In this document: one piece after another, positions 1-14,480 of the stretch
Numbering within the stretch: position 1 is the first letter of the stretch
Layout of the letters: every line of letters starts with the position of its first letter
From: Kudoa neothunni
Taxonomy: Eukaryota > Animalia > Cnidaria
DNA length: 64,000 nucleotides
NCBI GenBank assembly: GCA_964304625.1
Contig: OZ199838.1
Location: forward strand, 15,179,650-15,243,649
Reading direction: 5' to 3'
Translations under genes and position numbers: made by a program
Notes under the pieces: generated by a model
The model's database searches: none
What the model saw: only the letters and a program-made list of their open reading frames with translations
Told to the model about the DNA's origin: nothing

Positions 1-99
1 CTATTTGATTTTCCATTAAACTTCTCTATGTGCAGAAAAGATGGATTATAAAAATAGGGGAAATTATACAAGTACCGGTTAATAAAAATACAATTTGAC

Positions 100-185
100 T
101 TTCTCGCAGAGCCCACCCTCGCAAGCTGCACGAGGAAAACTCCTAGACAAAATTTGGCCCAGGGAAGGATAGTTGCAAACCCCTG
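100..185. mobile_element. hAT-type MITE right end (partial; left part likely outside window)
   Basis: Ends ...GGCCC...AGTTGCAAACCCCTG, whose reverse complement CAGGGGTTTGCAAC resembles the hAT TIRs at 58406 and 62780; followed by CTTTATTC with TA at positions 4-5. Partner end not seen. Confidence 0.4.
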
Positions 186-228
186 CTTTATTCTCGCTGA
201 TAATAATGACCAATATATCATTAATTAA

Positions 229-1011
229 CCTTCCAAGCATGTCAAATACGATTATACACCTAGCCGTTTTGGGGTCCAGGAAGACCCCAAAAATGATTGG
301 ATGGTTAAGGAAATGTGCATCATTTTGAAATATTTATAATTAACAATAAAACTAATATAACTTTAAAGGTATGCTTTTCAAATAAAATATATTTAAAGGA
401 AGTGACTATTGATACGATACATAATATTCAGTTGTGATTAGTTTTGAGAACATTTGATTACTGGAGGTAACCGATTTCTCTTATTTTTATTGATGATAAA
501 AGAATATACGAAAAATCCATTGTGGAAGATTTTTCATATTTTTTAACTTAAGCGCGAATTGCACAAAATCTATTTAAACTGGCCAGAAAAGTCCGGCCCC
601 ACTCGATTTGATTATAGCAATGAAAAATATTATATAATTTTTTTCTTTTGGATTACGCTAAACCATTCTCTCATAATTCGACAATTTCCTCTTGTTTCGT
701 CACTATTCTATCAAGTGTTAAAATGTTTTACAGGCACAGCTTTAGTTTCCCTCCGTGGAAAAATTTCAAAATATTTAATAACTTCATATTTATTCTTAGT
801 TTATCGGCGTTTATTGATTTGTCCTCCCATTTATAGGGGTAAGGAAAATCCGACAACGGTCAGGAAATTACCCAAAATCCATCGTGAATGATATTTTGTA
901 TTTTTGAAATTAACTTTTATTGAACTAATTTTTTGTAAATCTTAATTCATATTTAACATTATGTAAATATCTCCTAATAGCCTTCCTTCTCTGGAAGAAA
1001 TAAAGTCACGG
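229..1011. mobile_element. piggyBac end remnant / non-autonomous derivative
   Basis: TTAA(225-228)+CCTTCCAAGCA followed by a GGGGTC-N6-GACCCC palindrome; alignable with the ends at 19139 and (reverse complement) 46589. Far boundary (ACGG|TTAA at 1011) is tentative. Confidence 0.5.
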
Positions 1012-1982
1012 TTAAGTTGGAGAGGTCCGAAAAACTGTTGTTATCCACTGTATTTCTACCCTTTAACAGCAAAGCAAATGGCCGGATTAATTAAATATAG
1101 CATAGTCTAAAAAATAAAATCTTTATATATCTTACGAGTAGGAGTTGTTGGGATTAAAATTTTCCACTGCGCATGCTTACATGTTGTGTAAGATTAAATT
1201 TAACGTGTCAATGGCCGCGGTCATTGAAAAAATTTGAGCATATAATGTAAGTTTACACACTATAAAAAACAATTTTATTAATATATCAAGTAGTTTTGTT
1301 AAAAAAGTGCGTACCAAAAATACTCTGTCTTGTGTTACTCGAAGGGAACCAAATTCTGGGGCTAATTAGAATGAAAAAACACTGAAATCTACGTTAAAAT
1401 ATACATGAATGTGTAAATTTTTATTATGTTTACAACATATTATTTATTATCAAAATTAAGTAGTTTACGTTAAACTGTTGCCATGACTCATACAATTTAA
1501 TCTTAATTGATTTTCACGCACGCGCGAATCGGAGTTAAACATCTCCATCTCCAAGTTATAGACTATAGATACAGTTAACTTCTTGGATCTGCAAAGATTA
1601 ATTATTTTTGGTTAATTCAGCTGTTTCTAAGGAGATAAATAAGCAACTATCTTTAATCGACACTTAAAGATTTAACTATTATGGGTGGAGAGACACTTTT
1701 TATTTTTATCATTCGAATTAAGAAGTGAAAATTGATCATTCAAAATCAAAAGATGGGCATTTTTACTAATGATAAACCTCAACGAATTCACTAATCAATA
1801 AAATTAACACAAACAGATTCACGGTAATTTTTTCTGTTCGAAAACCAATCTCAGAACAGGTAAAAAAATCCCGAAAAAAAACATTTATTTCCTCTATTGG
1901 TCGAAAAAAAATTGTGCACAACGAGATACACACATTCCACCTTAAACGATTTCTTACGATAATGAACGTCACTCATAAAACA

Positions 1983-2960
1983 ATGAAGAAAGACTCAGAT
2001 TGCGTTATTAAGAAGGTTTATATAATTCATTTCTTTTATTAATGATTTTCCAAATAAGATACCAATTGTTCTATCAAAAAATGATAATCTACAAATGAAA
2101 ACGCACATTTTCCAAGTAGTTAAGTAATTTTATTCGCATTTTTCTCATCGACTATTAGATGCCGCTGCGATCAAACATTTATCCGGTGAAATTGTCCGAT
2201 GTTTTGTCTATTGAATACAAATCTGAGGCTAACAAAGTAAATAAAATATAACAGATCTTTATTTATTGTTCATATTCGATGAGCAATTATGCTTATATTT
2301 GTTGTATTTAATAAAAAAATAGTTTCAAATCAACACCAACTCCATTCAGTCTTCAGAGCAATACGATGGTGATATAATGCCAGACAATCAAGCAAGAGTT
2401 TTCCGTTCCGATACTGGATTTAATGGCGGAAAACGATTTTTCATTGGAAAACTTATCGATGGTAATTTTTTAGTGGAATCTTTAAATTCTAATAAAATTA
2501 TAATACAAATTAAAAATAGGAAAACTTCATCTCAGAAGAGTTGATAATGTTTACAGTTTTCGACCTTCTTTCAGTGCAATCAACCGAACACTATCATCAA
2601 CAGACGATGCTCCGGCTACCAACCCGGCTTTAGTTGCAAAAAAGAGTATTTTATGGTTCTATAGCGAATTTCTTAATTTGTTATTTAGATGAATCCGATT
2701 TGAAAACAGTAAATACATCGATTGGTGCTTGCTATAGTCCGAATTTTAGATCAAAGCTATGAGAGTTGAAAGCGAAGAAGGCAGGAAACAACGCATGAAA
2801 TCGTATGACTACCTTCACAAGTTGGAAGAGGAGGAGAATTGGACTAGCTTTAATATTGTTCATAATGAGGTAATTTTTTAATGAATTTAGGATCAGTTGG
2901 TTTCATATGTCCATTTAGAGTGAACTTTTTCGTAAAATTCGGTCATCTCTTTTACAGTAG
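1983..2960 (+). CDS. POLR3E: DNA-directed RNA polymerase III subunit RPC5 (Rpc37/Sin-like), 8 exons, about 204 aa
   Basis: Exons 1983-2015, 2059-2115, 2159-2236, 2323-2461, 2520-2645, 2689-2708, 2750-2869 and 2919-2960 join in phase through GT-AG introns. Motifs DCVIKKIPIVLSK..HIFQMPLR, GKLHLRRVDNVYSFRPSFS and ESEEGRKQRMKSYDYLHKLEEEENW parallel RPC5 DPVVQEIDVYLAK..LFQYPVR, GELHLTP..QLRPSFS and ESEQARQRRVQSYEFLQKKHAEEPW. Confidence 0.85.
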
Positions 2961-3624
2961 AGACTAATTATATACATAAATTTTGTTGTTATTATATTTT
3001 GTACGTTTAAAAGTTATTTGAATGAGCGATTTTATGCTTTAAGTGAGACATTTTTTTTTCATGCGAGAATTGATTAAAATTTTTAATCGTGATAAATTTT
3101 AGTATATTCCTCACTTTTCACATAATAAATGAGTTTTATTATTCTATCAAAAGATACTAAAATATTTATATGTATTAAATATTAATGTCATACGTGAGAT
3201 TTATCTCTTCGGACAAAGAAGAGTTTAATGATCTCAAATGGTGTTCCTATCGTACTAATATTAACCCTCTAACGAACTTTGGGGTAAGAATTACTTCATT
3301 CTTTTTTACGAATATAATCGAAAAATTGTTAAAAAATGAGGGGAACATACAGGAGGAAATTTGTCCTTAGAACGTTAAGAAAATTATGAATGTTTCCTTT
3401 GGCTAATATTATGTAATCTCATTTGGCCATGTTCGTATCAGTCGACCGAAAAAATACACCGAATCAAGTAGTACTAGAATAGTGTTAAGCACACTTTCGG
3501 ATTACTGTGGCCACATCAGTACATTATGAGTTGCCCAATGGTCCCAAGTTAAAAAGCCTATAATTAACCCTTATTATAACGCCGCATATAAATAATAAAG
3601 CAGAGAAAACATAAACACAATTAA

Positions 3625-5834
3625 CCCTTAACGGCTTACCATGGAACTGTTACGTTAAGGCTAACCATTGGATCCACGATCCATCGGACTAAAATTTGGG
3701 ATTAATGGATTACAAAATAACCCAATTTATTTTAAATACTCTATGAAGTAGACGCAGAGAGAAATAAACAGCTCAGAAAAGCAATTAATTTTTCGATTCA
3801 CAATTTATACATATAATGTTTTTGGTTGAATGCTCATTGCAAACATATTTGTTGCATGTTGTACAAGTTCGCCTACTTCTCTTGTCAAGAGCAAGGGGAC
3901 AATATTTGCAGCGTTTTCTCACATGTTGGTATACATCCTTTTTAGAGACCACCTCATTATCGAACCTGTATCCAATTACTTCTAATGACCGTTTTACTAC
4001 GGGTTGGTGTGCAATCTTAAGATTAGCAAATCTTCTGTCCTGGTGCTGTTTAATTAGTTCAATAGATAATGTTATTAAAAAAATTTTCTGATGAGTTGAT
4101 TTATCTTTTTTAAAGTACATTGGATTTTTTTGGTTGAAAATCACAAATGCATTAAATGCGGCTACATCTAGGATTTGGGGAAATACAGCGTAAGGCCACC
4201 TTTTACACTTCCTCTTACAGGTGTAAGTGGAAACGCATTGATCCATGATGTCAACACCACACATTTTGACGTTATAATCCAATATCATATCTGGTTTAGA
4301 TTTATAGCCAGAACTTACGCTACCATTGCGGTGATCTGATGAAAGGATTATTACACACTTGCCTTTTTTGGGAATGTACGACATTAGCGTAAACTGTTTG
4401 TAAAATCCAAACATAGATGAATATAGTTATCTGCGCCTATTAGGTAGAAATTCTGACGGGATAAATGCTCGACATTTTCTTACAGTTCCTAGTATAGATG
4501 TGTAATTTTTATGTAAATATTGGGCAAGTTTCCAAGTCGTGAAAAAGTTGCCACAAGTAATACTTCGGCCACAGTTGAGCAAATACTGAGTGAGATCAAC
4601 GACTACTTTAAAACTTGTGGTTGCTTCACGTTGGTTGTTTACTTACCCGCATATGGAATTATGTTGGATACATATTGAGTTTCGCTGTCACAAACTATTC
4701 AAAATTTTATATCATACTTAGATGGCTTCTTAGGCATATAGACTAAAAACGATACTCCCCCTCGAAATGGATATAACTGTTCATCTACGGTTAAGTTTAC
4801 ACCTGGAAAGTAACTTGTTCTGCAGATGTTCATAAATTGATTAAAAATATCCCTTATAGGTTTAAACTTGTCGGTCGAATTATCAGAATTATTTCGATTC
4901 CAATACTCATCAAATCTTAATGAATTAGAGATCTTTTTAAATCTTTCACGGGACATCGTGGCACGAAATAATGGCCTTCCGTGCATTTCATGCCACAATA
5001 TTTCGCTTGTTTCAAAGTTAGGTTTATAAGCACCACCCAGAAATAGCAGCCCAGTAAACGCTTTGAATTCATCCAAGTCGGTAGATTTCCATTTTTCTGC
5101 TAAAACGTCGAAACCTTTTCTATTAGTGTATAAAATAATATCATCCATCATCCTTGAAGTAAAAAAAGGGTGAAAGCGCTGATTGGTGTTGTTGTGTCTA
5201 TTGAATCGATTGGGGGCACCTTTTCGAATGTTAGCGCTTATTATATTGGTGGAGGGGGTTCTTCCAGATCTCGGTTGGGATGACCAGATAATTGATTCGT
5301 CTTTCGAAACAAAGTTATCTTTTAATCTATTATTATTACCATTCTTGTGGAGAATATAAGACTAATTAGTTTACCTGATTTCGTCGTTATCGTTATCGAA
5401 TGCATCTTTATTAACCATAGAAAATCTATTTATTTACAAGTATTGTTTACCATTTATATTGTTTTTCTTCTTCATCGCTATTCAAGTAGGATTCTTCTAA
5501 GTAATTTTCTAACTCAAGCGACGCAATACTTTCATTATCCGATAAAAGAGAGTCACTCGATGAATCAAAACTTGCCATTCTAGCTTTGGAACACACCAGA
5601 GGGATGGTTAATTGTCGTGCATAACCAATATTAGTCAGCTTAATATTGAGGCCAAGAGTTGAAAAAACGGATTAAAATAAGAAAAAATTTCTCCCCTCTA
5701 ATTTTATAAGATGATAGAAATTGTTTTGCTTGTAATTTACGTGAAATTAGAACTAAAATTGCGCGTTATTTTGATCTATGAATGAGATTTATACCTTTAC
5801 ATGGATCGTGGATCCAATGGTTAGCCACAAAGAG
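3625..5834 (-). mobile_element. piggyBac DNA transposon, full length, decayed
   Basis: TTAA at 3621-3624 and 5835-5838; perfect 26-bp subterminal inverted repeat GGCTAACCATTGGATCCACGATCCAT (3659-3684 / 5801-5826); transposase on the minus strand. Confidence 0.95.
3785..5580 (-). pseudogene. piggyBac transposase with stops/frameshifts
   Basis: ORFs 4699-5151 (LTVDEQLYPFRG..YMPKKPSKY) and 3785-4414 (YNVKMCGVDIMDQ, RWP, C-terminal Cys-rich domain CKYC..CTTC..VCNEH..CINC), separated by stops and frameshifts. 5' boundary approximate. Confidence 0.9.
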
Positions 5835-8671
5835 TTAATAATTTAGTTAATAAAAAATTTAAACGTCAAAATCAACAGTTTAATGTAGATATCAAGTGGA
5901 ATACAATGAGTTTTGTATTTTTACGAAAGATACACTCTACCACTTACAACAAATAAATTACACGTTATTATAAATCTATTCCTAGCATTCAATTCAAATT
6001 TTTTAGCCTAATTATAAATTAATAATATATATTACCTAACCAAGTCGTTCCATTTTTAATTATAGAAAAATTTAGAGTTTTATCGAATTGAACTGGAACT
6101 AGCCAAACTCTCTGCGAGTTTATTCTTAATTCTAATTATTTGTTGACTATTATTTAAAAAATAATATTTTTTTATTACTTGTTTTCTTGTAAATTTATAA
6201 TATTTAATTAAATAGATGCAGAAATTATTACAGAGAATATGCGTTTTTAAATGATATCCCCGAATAACGAATTTGATAAACAATATGTATTAATTTCGTC
6301 GAAAAAATTAAAATTTACGAATGTTTAATTAATATAATTGCATATTATAATTATATCATATTCCAAATATTTTTTAGATTTAACGCATCACACACTTTAC
6401 ATTGATAAAAAATTATTGTTATACTTATTGCTTTATATTTATAAATTTTAACTATTTATATATTTTTGTAATATTAGAAATATTCCATAAATTTTTTAGA
6501 AATTCCACTAAAAGCTGACCTAGGTTTGATATAAATGAGTTTTCTAATAATTTCTAGTAGTTCAACTCTAAAAAATGAACCCAATAAAATCTCTGATTAA
6601 ACAATAAAATGATTTAACTGTATGAATATATACTAAATCAAATAAAAATTAATCAAAAACGATGTTCTCAAAAATTAACTTTTTTTAAATTTTGCAAATA
6701 ATTTTTTTAGCTTTTTTTTGCAATTAAATTAAATTTTCATCAATTAACTACCACATGAAATACAGTGATTTATGAGTCGAGCGTAATAAAAAGGGAGATC
6801 GAAATCTTTACACAAGAGCCATAATTAAGCACGACAAATAAAATGCGTAAAAACTATTGATAATTTAATTTTTCTGAATGCAACTTGAGGAAGTATGTTA
6901 TTAATGATATAAAACTTATAGAGAAGAAGTGAAATTTTCCGAATATTGGTTAATTTATGTTTTATTGCGATATTACGTACGACCCATAATTGTGTGCGGC
7001 CGGCCGGCCGGCCCGCCCACGCATAGGTTATTGTATCAAACACATAAACATTTTAATTGTTGTACCGAATCTACTAATCGATACATCAAATAATGATACT
7101 TCATTACAAACCACTTGAATTTAATAATGAAATAACGTTACTTGATGAATAATGATTGATTATAAGCTAATCAATTATAATTATCCAATTAGTAATAGAA
7201 ATAATAAAAAATTCAATTTATAAAAATACATTAATAACGAAAAAAATTTGATACTTTCGCATAATTATGTTTATGGATATTCGATTGTGGGCTGTCATGT
7301 ATGAATGAGATTCATGTTTTTTAATTAACATTCTCATAAAATGATACCTCCAATAGAAGATTCGCGAGTAGACAAGGATTTACTGCATTTAGTGTCTATT
7401 AGAGAAGGGTCACGAAAGTACGGCCCGCAACGTCCTCTCTAACATTCTAATGCGTTTACGCTCCTGCGAAATTGTGTTGACTTACTTGAAAACTATCAAT
7501 ACATTACTTTAATAGATGGGTGTTAATTGTAAATCCTCACTTAGTTTCTTTAACGTTTTCATTTTATCATGATTGAAACAAAAAAGAAAATCGACACACT
7601 AATATAGCAAGATTCGGAATGTACAACGTACGAGTCGGTAAGATACATGTTTCAAGATTTATTTGATTCCAATGCTATTAATAATTTAAAATTCTTAATT
7701 ATTTAAACCTATAAATTAAATTTATTGGCTTTAATTTTAAATCTGATTGAGTTTGATTGATTTGATACTATATATTAAAAATGATGTGACAATAATCACC
7801 GTTCCGTAGATATTTTCTAGCATCATATACAGTATTTTACAAAATGATGTGTTTATCTCCAAACTGTGGTTAATTAAAAAACAATAAAACATTCAAAACT
7901 CGACAAATGAACACTTTATTAGCATCGACACAATTTGAGTATGATCAAATAAATAAACTGCGAATCTTATACTAGGGACAAATTGAAATTATTAATTACA
8001 ACCATAAATATAACAAACTTTGCGAATTTTTTGAATTATACCGTAGAAAATGGATGATTCATAATCCCATTGGAGGCCTCAAAACTGAAACATACTAAAT
8101 CCTGCCACAAGAATCATTTGTATGTTTCACCTTCAAATACAAATTCATTTTTTTTTCATTTTAAAAACTGCTTTCCGAAAAATTTTTTAATCCGGCCCTA
8201 GAAGCTTATGAAAATCAAAAGTTAATACGTTTAATTGGCGGCTATAGATATGAGAATATTTGTTCTATAATTTTTTCTAAAATTCTAGCAAATATTTTCG
8301 AACGTAATTACTGATTTAATCAAGAAATTTTTGATTTCCTATATACTGCGTATACTCACTCTGATATGCGCGATATAGCGCACATTTTTACTCGAAGGTA
8401 GTTAAATTTGACAATTCGAACATTATATATACATATATATATATGTATGAAATAAAATACTCAATAAGAACCTCGCTTTAATTATCTCAGTTAAAAAACA
8501 TCTATTTCAAATGACGAATGTAAAAAATGTTAAATACCTCATTTTTATATTAGAAAATCCCACAATTAAGACAATTTATATTTGTTAATCTAAATAGAAT
8601 TTATTATTAAATAATTTTTTGAACGCTTAAGTATAATTTTGGAGTAAAAATGAATCATCTATTTGAGTAAA

Positions 8672-11265
8672 ATGGCGTACGCAGCCAGTCAAGTTGTAGA
8701 ATTTGGTAGTTATACTCTGCGATGATCTGTAGCTCAGTAGCTTCTATCCGAAATGATCTTTTAAAAAGTATGAAGATATTTGAAGACAGATGTCTAAATA
8801 AATCCGCCCAATGGTACATTGTTTATTATCGTTATTATTATTATTATTATTATTTATGGGTGGGGTTACAAATCAAATATTGTAGGTGTTGTGATTTGGT
8901 GTTATCTTTGGAAAACTCAAAACTGAGCATGACTCAAAAAGAAAATTTTGTAGTAAGTTTTTCGTTGTTCAAATTGTTCCAACGATGAGATGGGAATTAT
9001 TTTTGTAGAATAATGAGAAACCTATGGAAGTAATGGACACCATCAAGTTATCAACAACTAATCGATATAAAATTTTATAATTGTTGGATAGAGTAACTAT
9101 GGCCAGACAATTATTTCACCAAAAAGAATTCAAAAGAGCTGCTTATCATTTACAAGACGCACAATGCGATTTGGCCAAATTTCTATTGGCCTACTCTTCC
9201 TTTATGGTAGTTCTATTTGAATTTTTAACTGAGTTATTGTTATTGCTTGTGTATAGGAATATGATAAAAAGCATTGGGAATTTTGTCTTAAAAATGAGGG
9301 TTAATTTTTTTCATTTGGGCCGGTGTATAATTGTGGTATAAGGAATGATAAAATTTGAACAAACTGTAAAACCTATTGAACTTATCCGACTCCAGGAGAT
9401 GTTGCTTAGTATTGATGAACCAGACAGTTATGTGTTATATGTTTGTGTGAGTTTTTGATTTTTTGCATTGTGGTAATGGAGTGTTGTTTATTTGCGTTCA
9501 ATTAGGCATTAGTACATAAGGAAATGTTGCAGAATTCGATTGCAATAAAATTTTTACTTGATGCTATCGAATTGGATCAATTTAATTGGCCTGCATGGCA
9601 TTTACTGTCTACTCTTATGTATACCTACGAGAGTGTATTTATTGTTTATTGCTTGTTGTTGGGTGGATTTTTATTGAACTGGTTTACTAAGTTTGAAGAG
9701 ACCAAACAAAAACTTCCAGACAATTGGATTAAACCATTTTTTGTGCTCGAGTTTTGTACCAAACAGCACATTTACTATGAACGAGAAGTAGCACAAGCCT
9801 ACGAACAAATTAGTTCGAACCATCTCGATTCGTGCACTTATGTTAAATTGAAATTGACCGAATTAAACAATTTGAGAGGGGGTAATAATGATAGACCGTG
9901 AAATTACAATCTATTTTATTTGTATACAGATCTGAACGCTGCAAAAACCATATATGAAGGTATGCGAAATGAAAATCCTTACATTTTAGACGGCGTTGAT
10001 CTCTATTCAGATATTTTATTTTCGATGGTATTGGATTTATTAGTTTAGAATTGTTGCTAATTTTATTTTTAAGCACGATATTGTCTCTCTATCGAAACTT
10101 GTGAAAGAATTGTTCTCTCATTCCAAGTACAGACCAGAATCTTGCTTTGCGGCAGGTTTTTAGTCATTATATGAGGATTTTATGTTTCAACAATTTCCAT
10201 AGGAAATCTATATAATGCTGCTAATATGCACGTTCAATCTGCAAATTACTTTAAACAAACGCTTTTACTGAATCCCACTTGGGTCCACGCTTGGACTCTT
10301 TTAGGACATGAATTTATTGAGCTTCGAAGATTAGGTTCTGCCATTGGTTGCTACCGAAAAGCAATAGGTAAACAACCGACAAATTGATCACAGCTTATAA
10401 TTTATGATGATTGTTGAGCAGATTTGAACCCTAACGAGTACAGAGCATGGTATGGTTTAGGACTTGTGTATGAGTTGATAAGAAAACCGAGAGAATCTGT
10501 TGTTATGTTTGAGAAAGCGCTCTCTCTTCGGTACCAACCCAATATTGATTGTTACCACTCGTTGACAAAAAAATGATGTACATAGACCAAACGATCCCAG
10601 AGTTCTAAATGCGGTTGGTACTACCAGCGGTAAAATAGGAGACAGTAAAAGAGCGATAAGTGTAAATTTAAGTTGACTACAAGTGAGACTTGCTACTAAA
10701 TTCAAAAAAGGTTCTAAGGAAATGCATCGAGATTGGTGATCGAGAATTAAATGCTTCATTCACTTTAGCTGGGTAAAAACTTGCTCAGTTTTCTTTTAAA
10801 ATTTACTCTTCACATCAACTAATTTCTCATACTGTTGTCGTAGATTGGTAGCACCGACTGATGCGCATGAAGCAGCTGCATTGTATCTACAATTTTTGAA
10901 AAATTATGATGATACCGGCTCGGCTAAGGATGATAACGTAGCGATTGCCACCGTCTACTTGATGCATTACTATTTTAATAACAAGCAATATCAAGAAGCT
11001 GAACTTTATGCGAGAAGAGCCACACGCTACAACCAAGTGATAATTAATTTTCCGTGGTGTTTATTCATTGTTTAAATATATTTGGAAGTGTTTAACCGAA
11101 TCCGAAAACCTTCTTAAACAGCTGGATGTTATCGCCCGAAAGACTACGTACGCGGCTCCTATGCCCACCAGATCTAAACTCTTTCTCGATCGGAGTAGCA
11201 GCCGTTCGGAGCAATCATCTTCCGACCATGATTGTAGCGATGCTATGGATTTGTCATTCACCTAG
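8672..11265 (+). CDS. CDC23: Anaphase-promoting complex subunit 8 (CDC23), TPR protein, about 17 exons
   Basis: Spliced peptides RCLNKSAQWCCDL, ARQLFHQKEFKRAAYHL, DSYVLYVCALV, FNWPAW, KYRPESCFAAGNLY, AWTLLGHEFIELR, EYRAWYGLGLVYEL and RPNDPRVLNAVG match APC8/CDC23 motifs; about 16 short GT-AG introns; stop TAG 11263-11265. Confidence 0.95.
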
Positions 11266-12037
11266 TTGTTAGCTGATTGTGGTGGTGACGGCAGCGGCGG
11301 CGATTTGTTTATAGGTAATGTCACAGATACTCTAATTGTGTAGTTTTTGAAATTTTGCGTATTTTTGTGGTGTTGTTGATTATGCATGACTATTCTGTTT
11401 AAAATAACGTTATTATTGGTTTTTTATAGTAAGATTAGTCTCACTGAAAAATTATGTAATATTTCGCTTTTACTTTGTCTATATATTGGTTTTCTCCAAT
11501 GACAGACTAATTTTTCATCCCAAATCAGTAAAATTAATTTTCCGATATGCAAAAAAATTATCTCCGACACTTTTTCCATAACGAGAACTTATGCTAATAA
11601 TTATAAATAACGAATTTAAATATTACGCATTCAAATAAACTATTTCATGGTGAGAAATTCCTGTTTTTTGACAAATGATACATTATGATCTGATGCGGAA
11701 TTTTGTGGTGTCATTTATTTACGTTTCCTAAAAGAAACTCTGTGTTGGACAGGACTTATTTGATCCTTTGTAATATTGGAATGATGTCTAAATTGTCTAA
11801 ATCGGGGGTAAATTAATTGACATCAAAACTGAATAGGGAAAATTTGTGCATAATGGGGTTCGTGGCATACTTAAGGATTTCTAAAGAATTATATTGCTCA
11901 TGGCTATTAAACTCAATAATAAGTTGGCGGAAATGCTTAAAATGTCTTCTGAAACAAGTATTCACCAACTATTTAAAAACTATCAGTCTCTTTCTTTTTC
12001 TCGTTTACCTTTGTGATGCAGCTTAATAATAATAATA

Positions 12038-12727
12038 CAGTAATGGATCGGTTGTACGCATTACTGGTCCCTGCCGCATAGTATGTACTTTTTAGCGCAA
12101 GCGAACGTAGATATTAAAAACACAAAACTAACTATAACTTAAATATTAAAGAAAAGACAATTATCTTTTTGTTTAAATTACGATTCAAAATTGAATAAAC
12201 ACCTGGAATAGAATCAGATATTAACTTCCACTTCATTGAGACATGATGTTTAAAATAGTTGCCAAGCTCTTCTAAATAAAATAAGGCCATCTTTTAAAGG
12301 TTCAATTTTTTATCAATAAAATCAACTTCTGTTTCTGAATCTTTGGGGAGAGACTGTCATTGTTACTACTATGAATTGGTGAGGACATCATTATGAACTA
12401 CAATACTATTTATCTACAACATGTAGCTATGTTTATCCTTCGGTTTTAACTAGCTGTCACATTAATGTAACTATAAAAACTTATTAACTGTTTAACCATT
12501 GTTAAAAAAAGAAAGAAACCCGTTAATTTAATCACGCAGTCAAAGCAGAGAGATACGTACGACCAATCCTCACGTGACTCTATTTTTCGTTTCGTCGTAC
12601 TAATTAAGTTGATAAATTATTTAATGCGAATAATTCTAACGTCATACAATTTTTATAGTCATTTAAAATATGCGTGAACCATTTAATTTGTAAAATAACT
12701 AATGTACCTACGACCGGTCCATTACTG
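12038..12727. mobile_element. Non-autonomous Tc1/mariner-superfamily element
   Basis: TA|CAGTAATGGATCGGTTGTACG ... CCTACGACCGGTCCATTACTG|TA: about 21-bp imperfect TIR with TA TSD. Confidence 0.75.
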
Positions 12728-14048
12728 TAATACTGAAATGTTTTTTTTCATGATGAATAATATTTAAGTGTCATTATTTTTGACTATTTTTAATTATTTC
12801 CGACTCCTAAGGGTGAGGGAAGGGTCAGAAATAGTTTAATTTGGAAAAGTCAAACAAATTAAATCGGTAGACAGCTTGGGAGTAAGAGTTTCTCGGATTA
12901 AAAATTATCATAACACAGGTCTGCATGACTTTATGAGTAGAATACACCGTGCAAATAGCCTCTGCCTTATCTTAATCAATATAAAGCCTTAAAGTAAATG
13001 TGAATTTGACAACCAAGTTAAAGGGGTAAATTTGAAAAAGCCATAGGGCGTTATACATTTTAAAAAGTGTGAGGAATATTCTTCGATAGACCAGAATTCT
13101 TACATTTTATTATAAAGAATAAAAATTAATACGTACTTAAGAGATTTCTATAAGCTTAAACGATTTCCAGAGATTCTGTAAGATTCTACTGAAGGATTAA
13201 TACAGTAGGCAACCAATAATATACATCAAATATGCGTGCGTAGGCAATTTTTTTGCATTTTCTTTATTTTTCAGCATGGGTATTACACCGTTTATTTAAA
13301 TAGAATAACTAAAAAACATTATTAAGATTATTTGGCCGAAATATAATTTGCAATTTTTATTTTAATAATATTTATTGATAAAATATTTATATCGTTTTAC
13401 ACTGGGATAAAATTTAGTGAATGGTCAGTTCTAAAAAATTTGAAATGTTATTATATGTCTTATTCACTTTTTAGCGCAATATGAAATTTTTATATATTTT
13501 TACCATAAAATCTTTATTTATGTGCATCTATAACATTCTTTAATTGGCAACTAACATTGTCTGGAAATAAAATTTCTTCCAATTTCGTTTCGTTCGAAAA
13601 CTCAACCATAAGAATTAAAATTTTTCCCTCGTTTCCAATAAGAACAATTTAACCTTTTAAAGTGTCCAAAGTGTCTAAAAAACAATCTTCGGAGGTCTTT
13701 TGGGGTTAATTTGACCCCAGATTATTATTTGATAAACTAATTCTAAAAATTGTTACCTATTCAACTTTCTGGTATTTTCGAGTTTTATAGACTAGATTTT
13801 CAGTAAAACGATGTGAAATATAACAACTAATCCTGTTAAATCTTTTACGTAATTGTTACGAAGTTGTTAGAGAATGATCGTAAAATGTAAGCCACTGTTT
13901 AAAAGCTACTTTATTGTTTAAAATAATATTTTGAGGAAAAATATTTCAATTTTCTATAAACAATAACTTAATATATAATCGAAAATTACAATTATTATTT
14001 ATTTTCACGGAGACCGTAATATTTTTTCAGTTAGGTTTTTATCCTAAT

Positions 14049-14078
14049 CTAGCGCGAAACCCCGCCTTTGTCAGGTTA
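14049..14078 (-). mobile_element. Helitron-like 3' terminus (hairpin + CTAG)
   Basis: Minus strand AACCTGACAAAGGCGGGGTTTCGCG-CTAG resembles the Helitron 3' end at 52030; 5' end not located. Confidence 0.4.
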
Positions 14079-14420
14079 CACAAATATTTTGAGTTAAAGG
14101 TTCCCTTGAAAACCATTTAAAAAATACACTTATAGCCTCGGTTAATCCATCGGAAGGACGAAACTAAAATATTTTTAAAGGAAATCGCACAAGTTCTCTA
14201 TCAACCATCTCTCATGGACCGAAATCTACAGAAAGGGAAAATTGTCTTCGAGGAACTGATAAAAAAAACTCAAACCACATGCTCATATTGTAATAAACAC
14301 AATTAATCAGTTAATTCATTGAAGAAATGTAAGAACTGTTCAAATAATTAGATAATTCGGATCAAATTTTTAACAATTTATATAATCTTTTTAAGTATAC
14401 TACTCACATTTTAACTCACT

Positions 14421-14423
<3 letters not shown>

Positions 14424-14467
<44 letters not shown>

Positions 14468-14480
14468 ATATGTATGTATA
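14424..14480. repeat. (TA)n / (TATG)n microsatellite
   Basis: Direct reading of the sequence. Confidence 0.95.

Noticed and set aside
1766-1972. 68-aa minus ORF upstream of POLR3E and similar short AT-rich ORFs
   Set aside because: No motifs or splice support; composition typical of random AT-rich frames.
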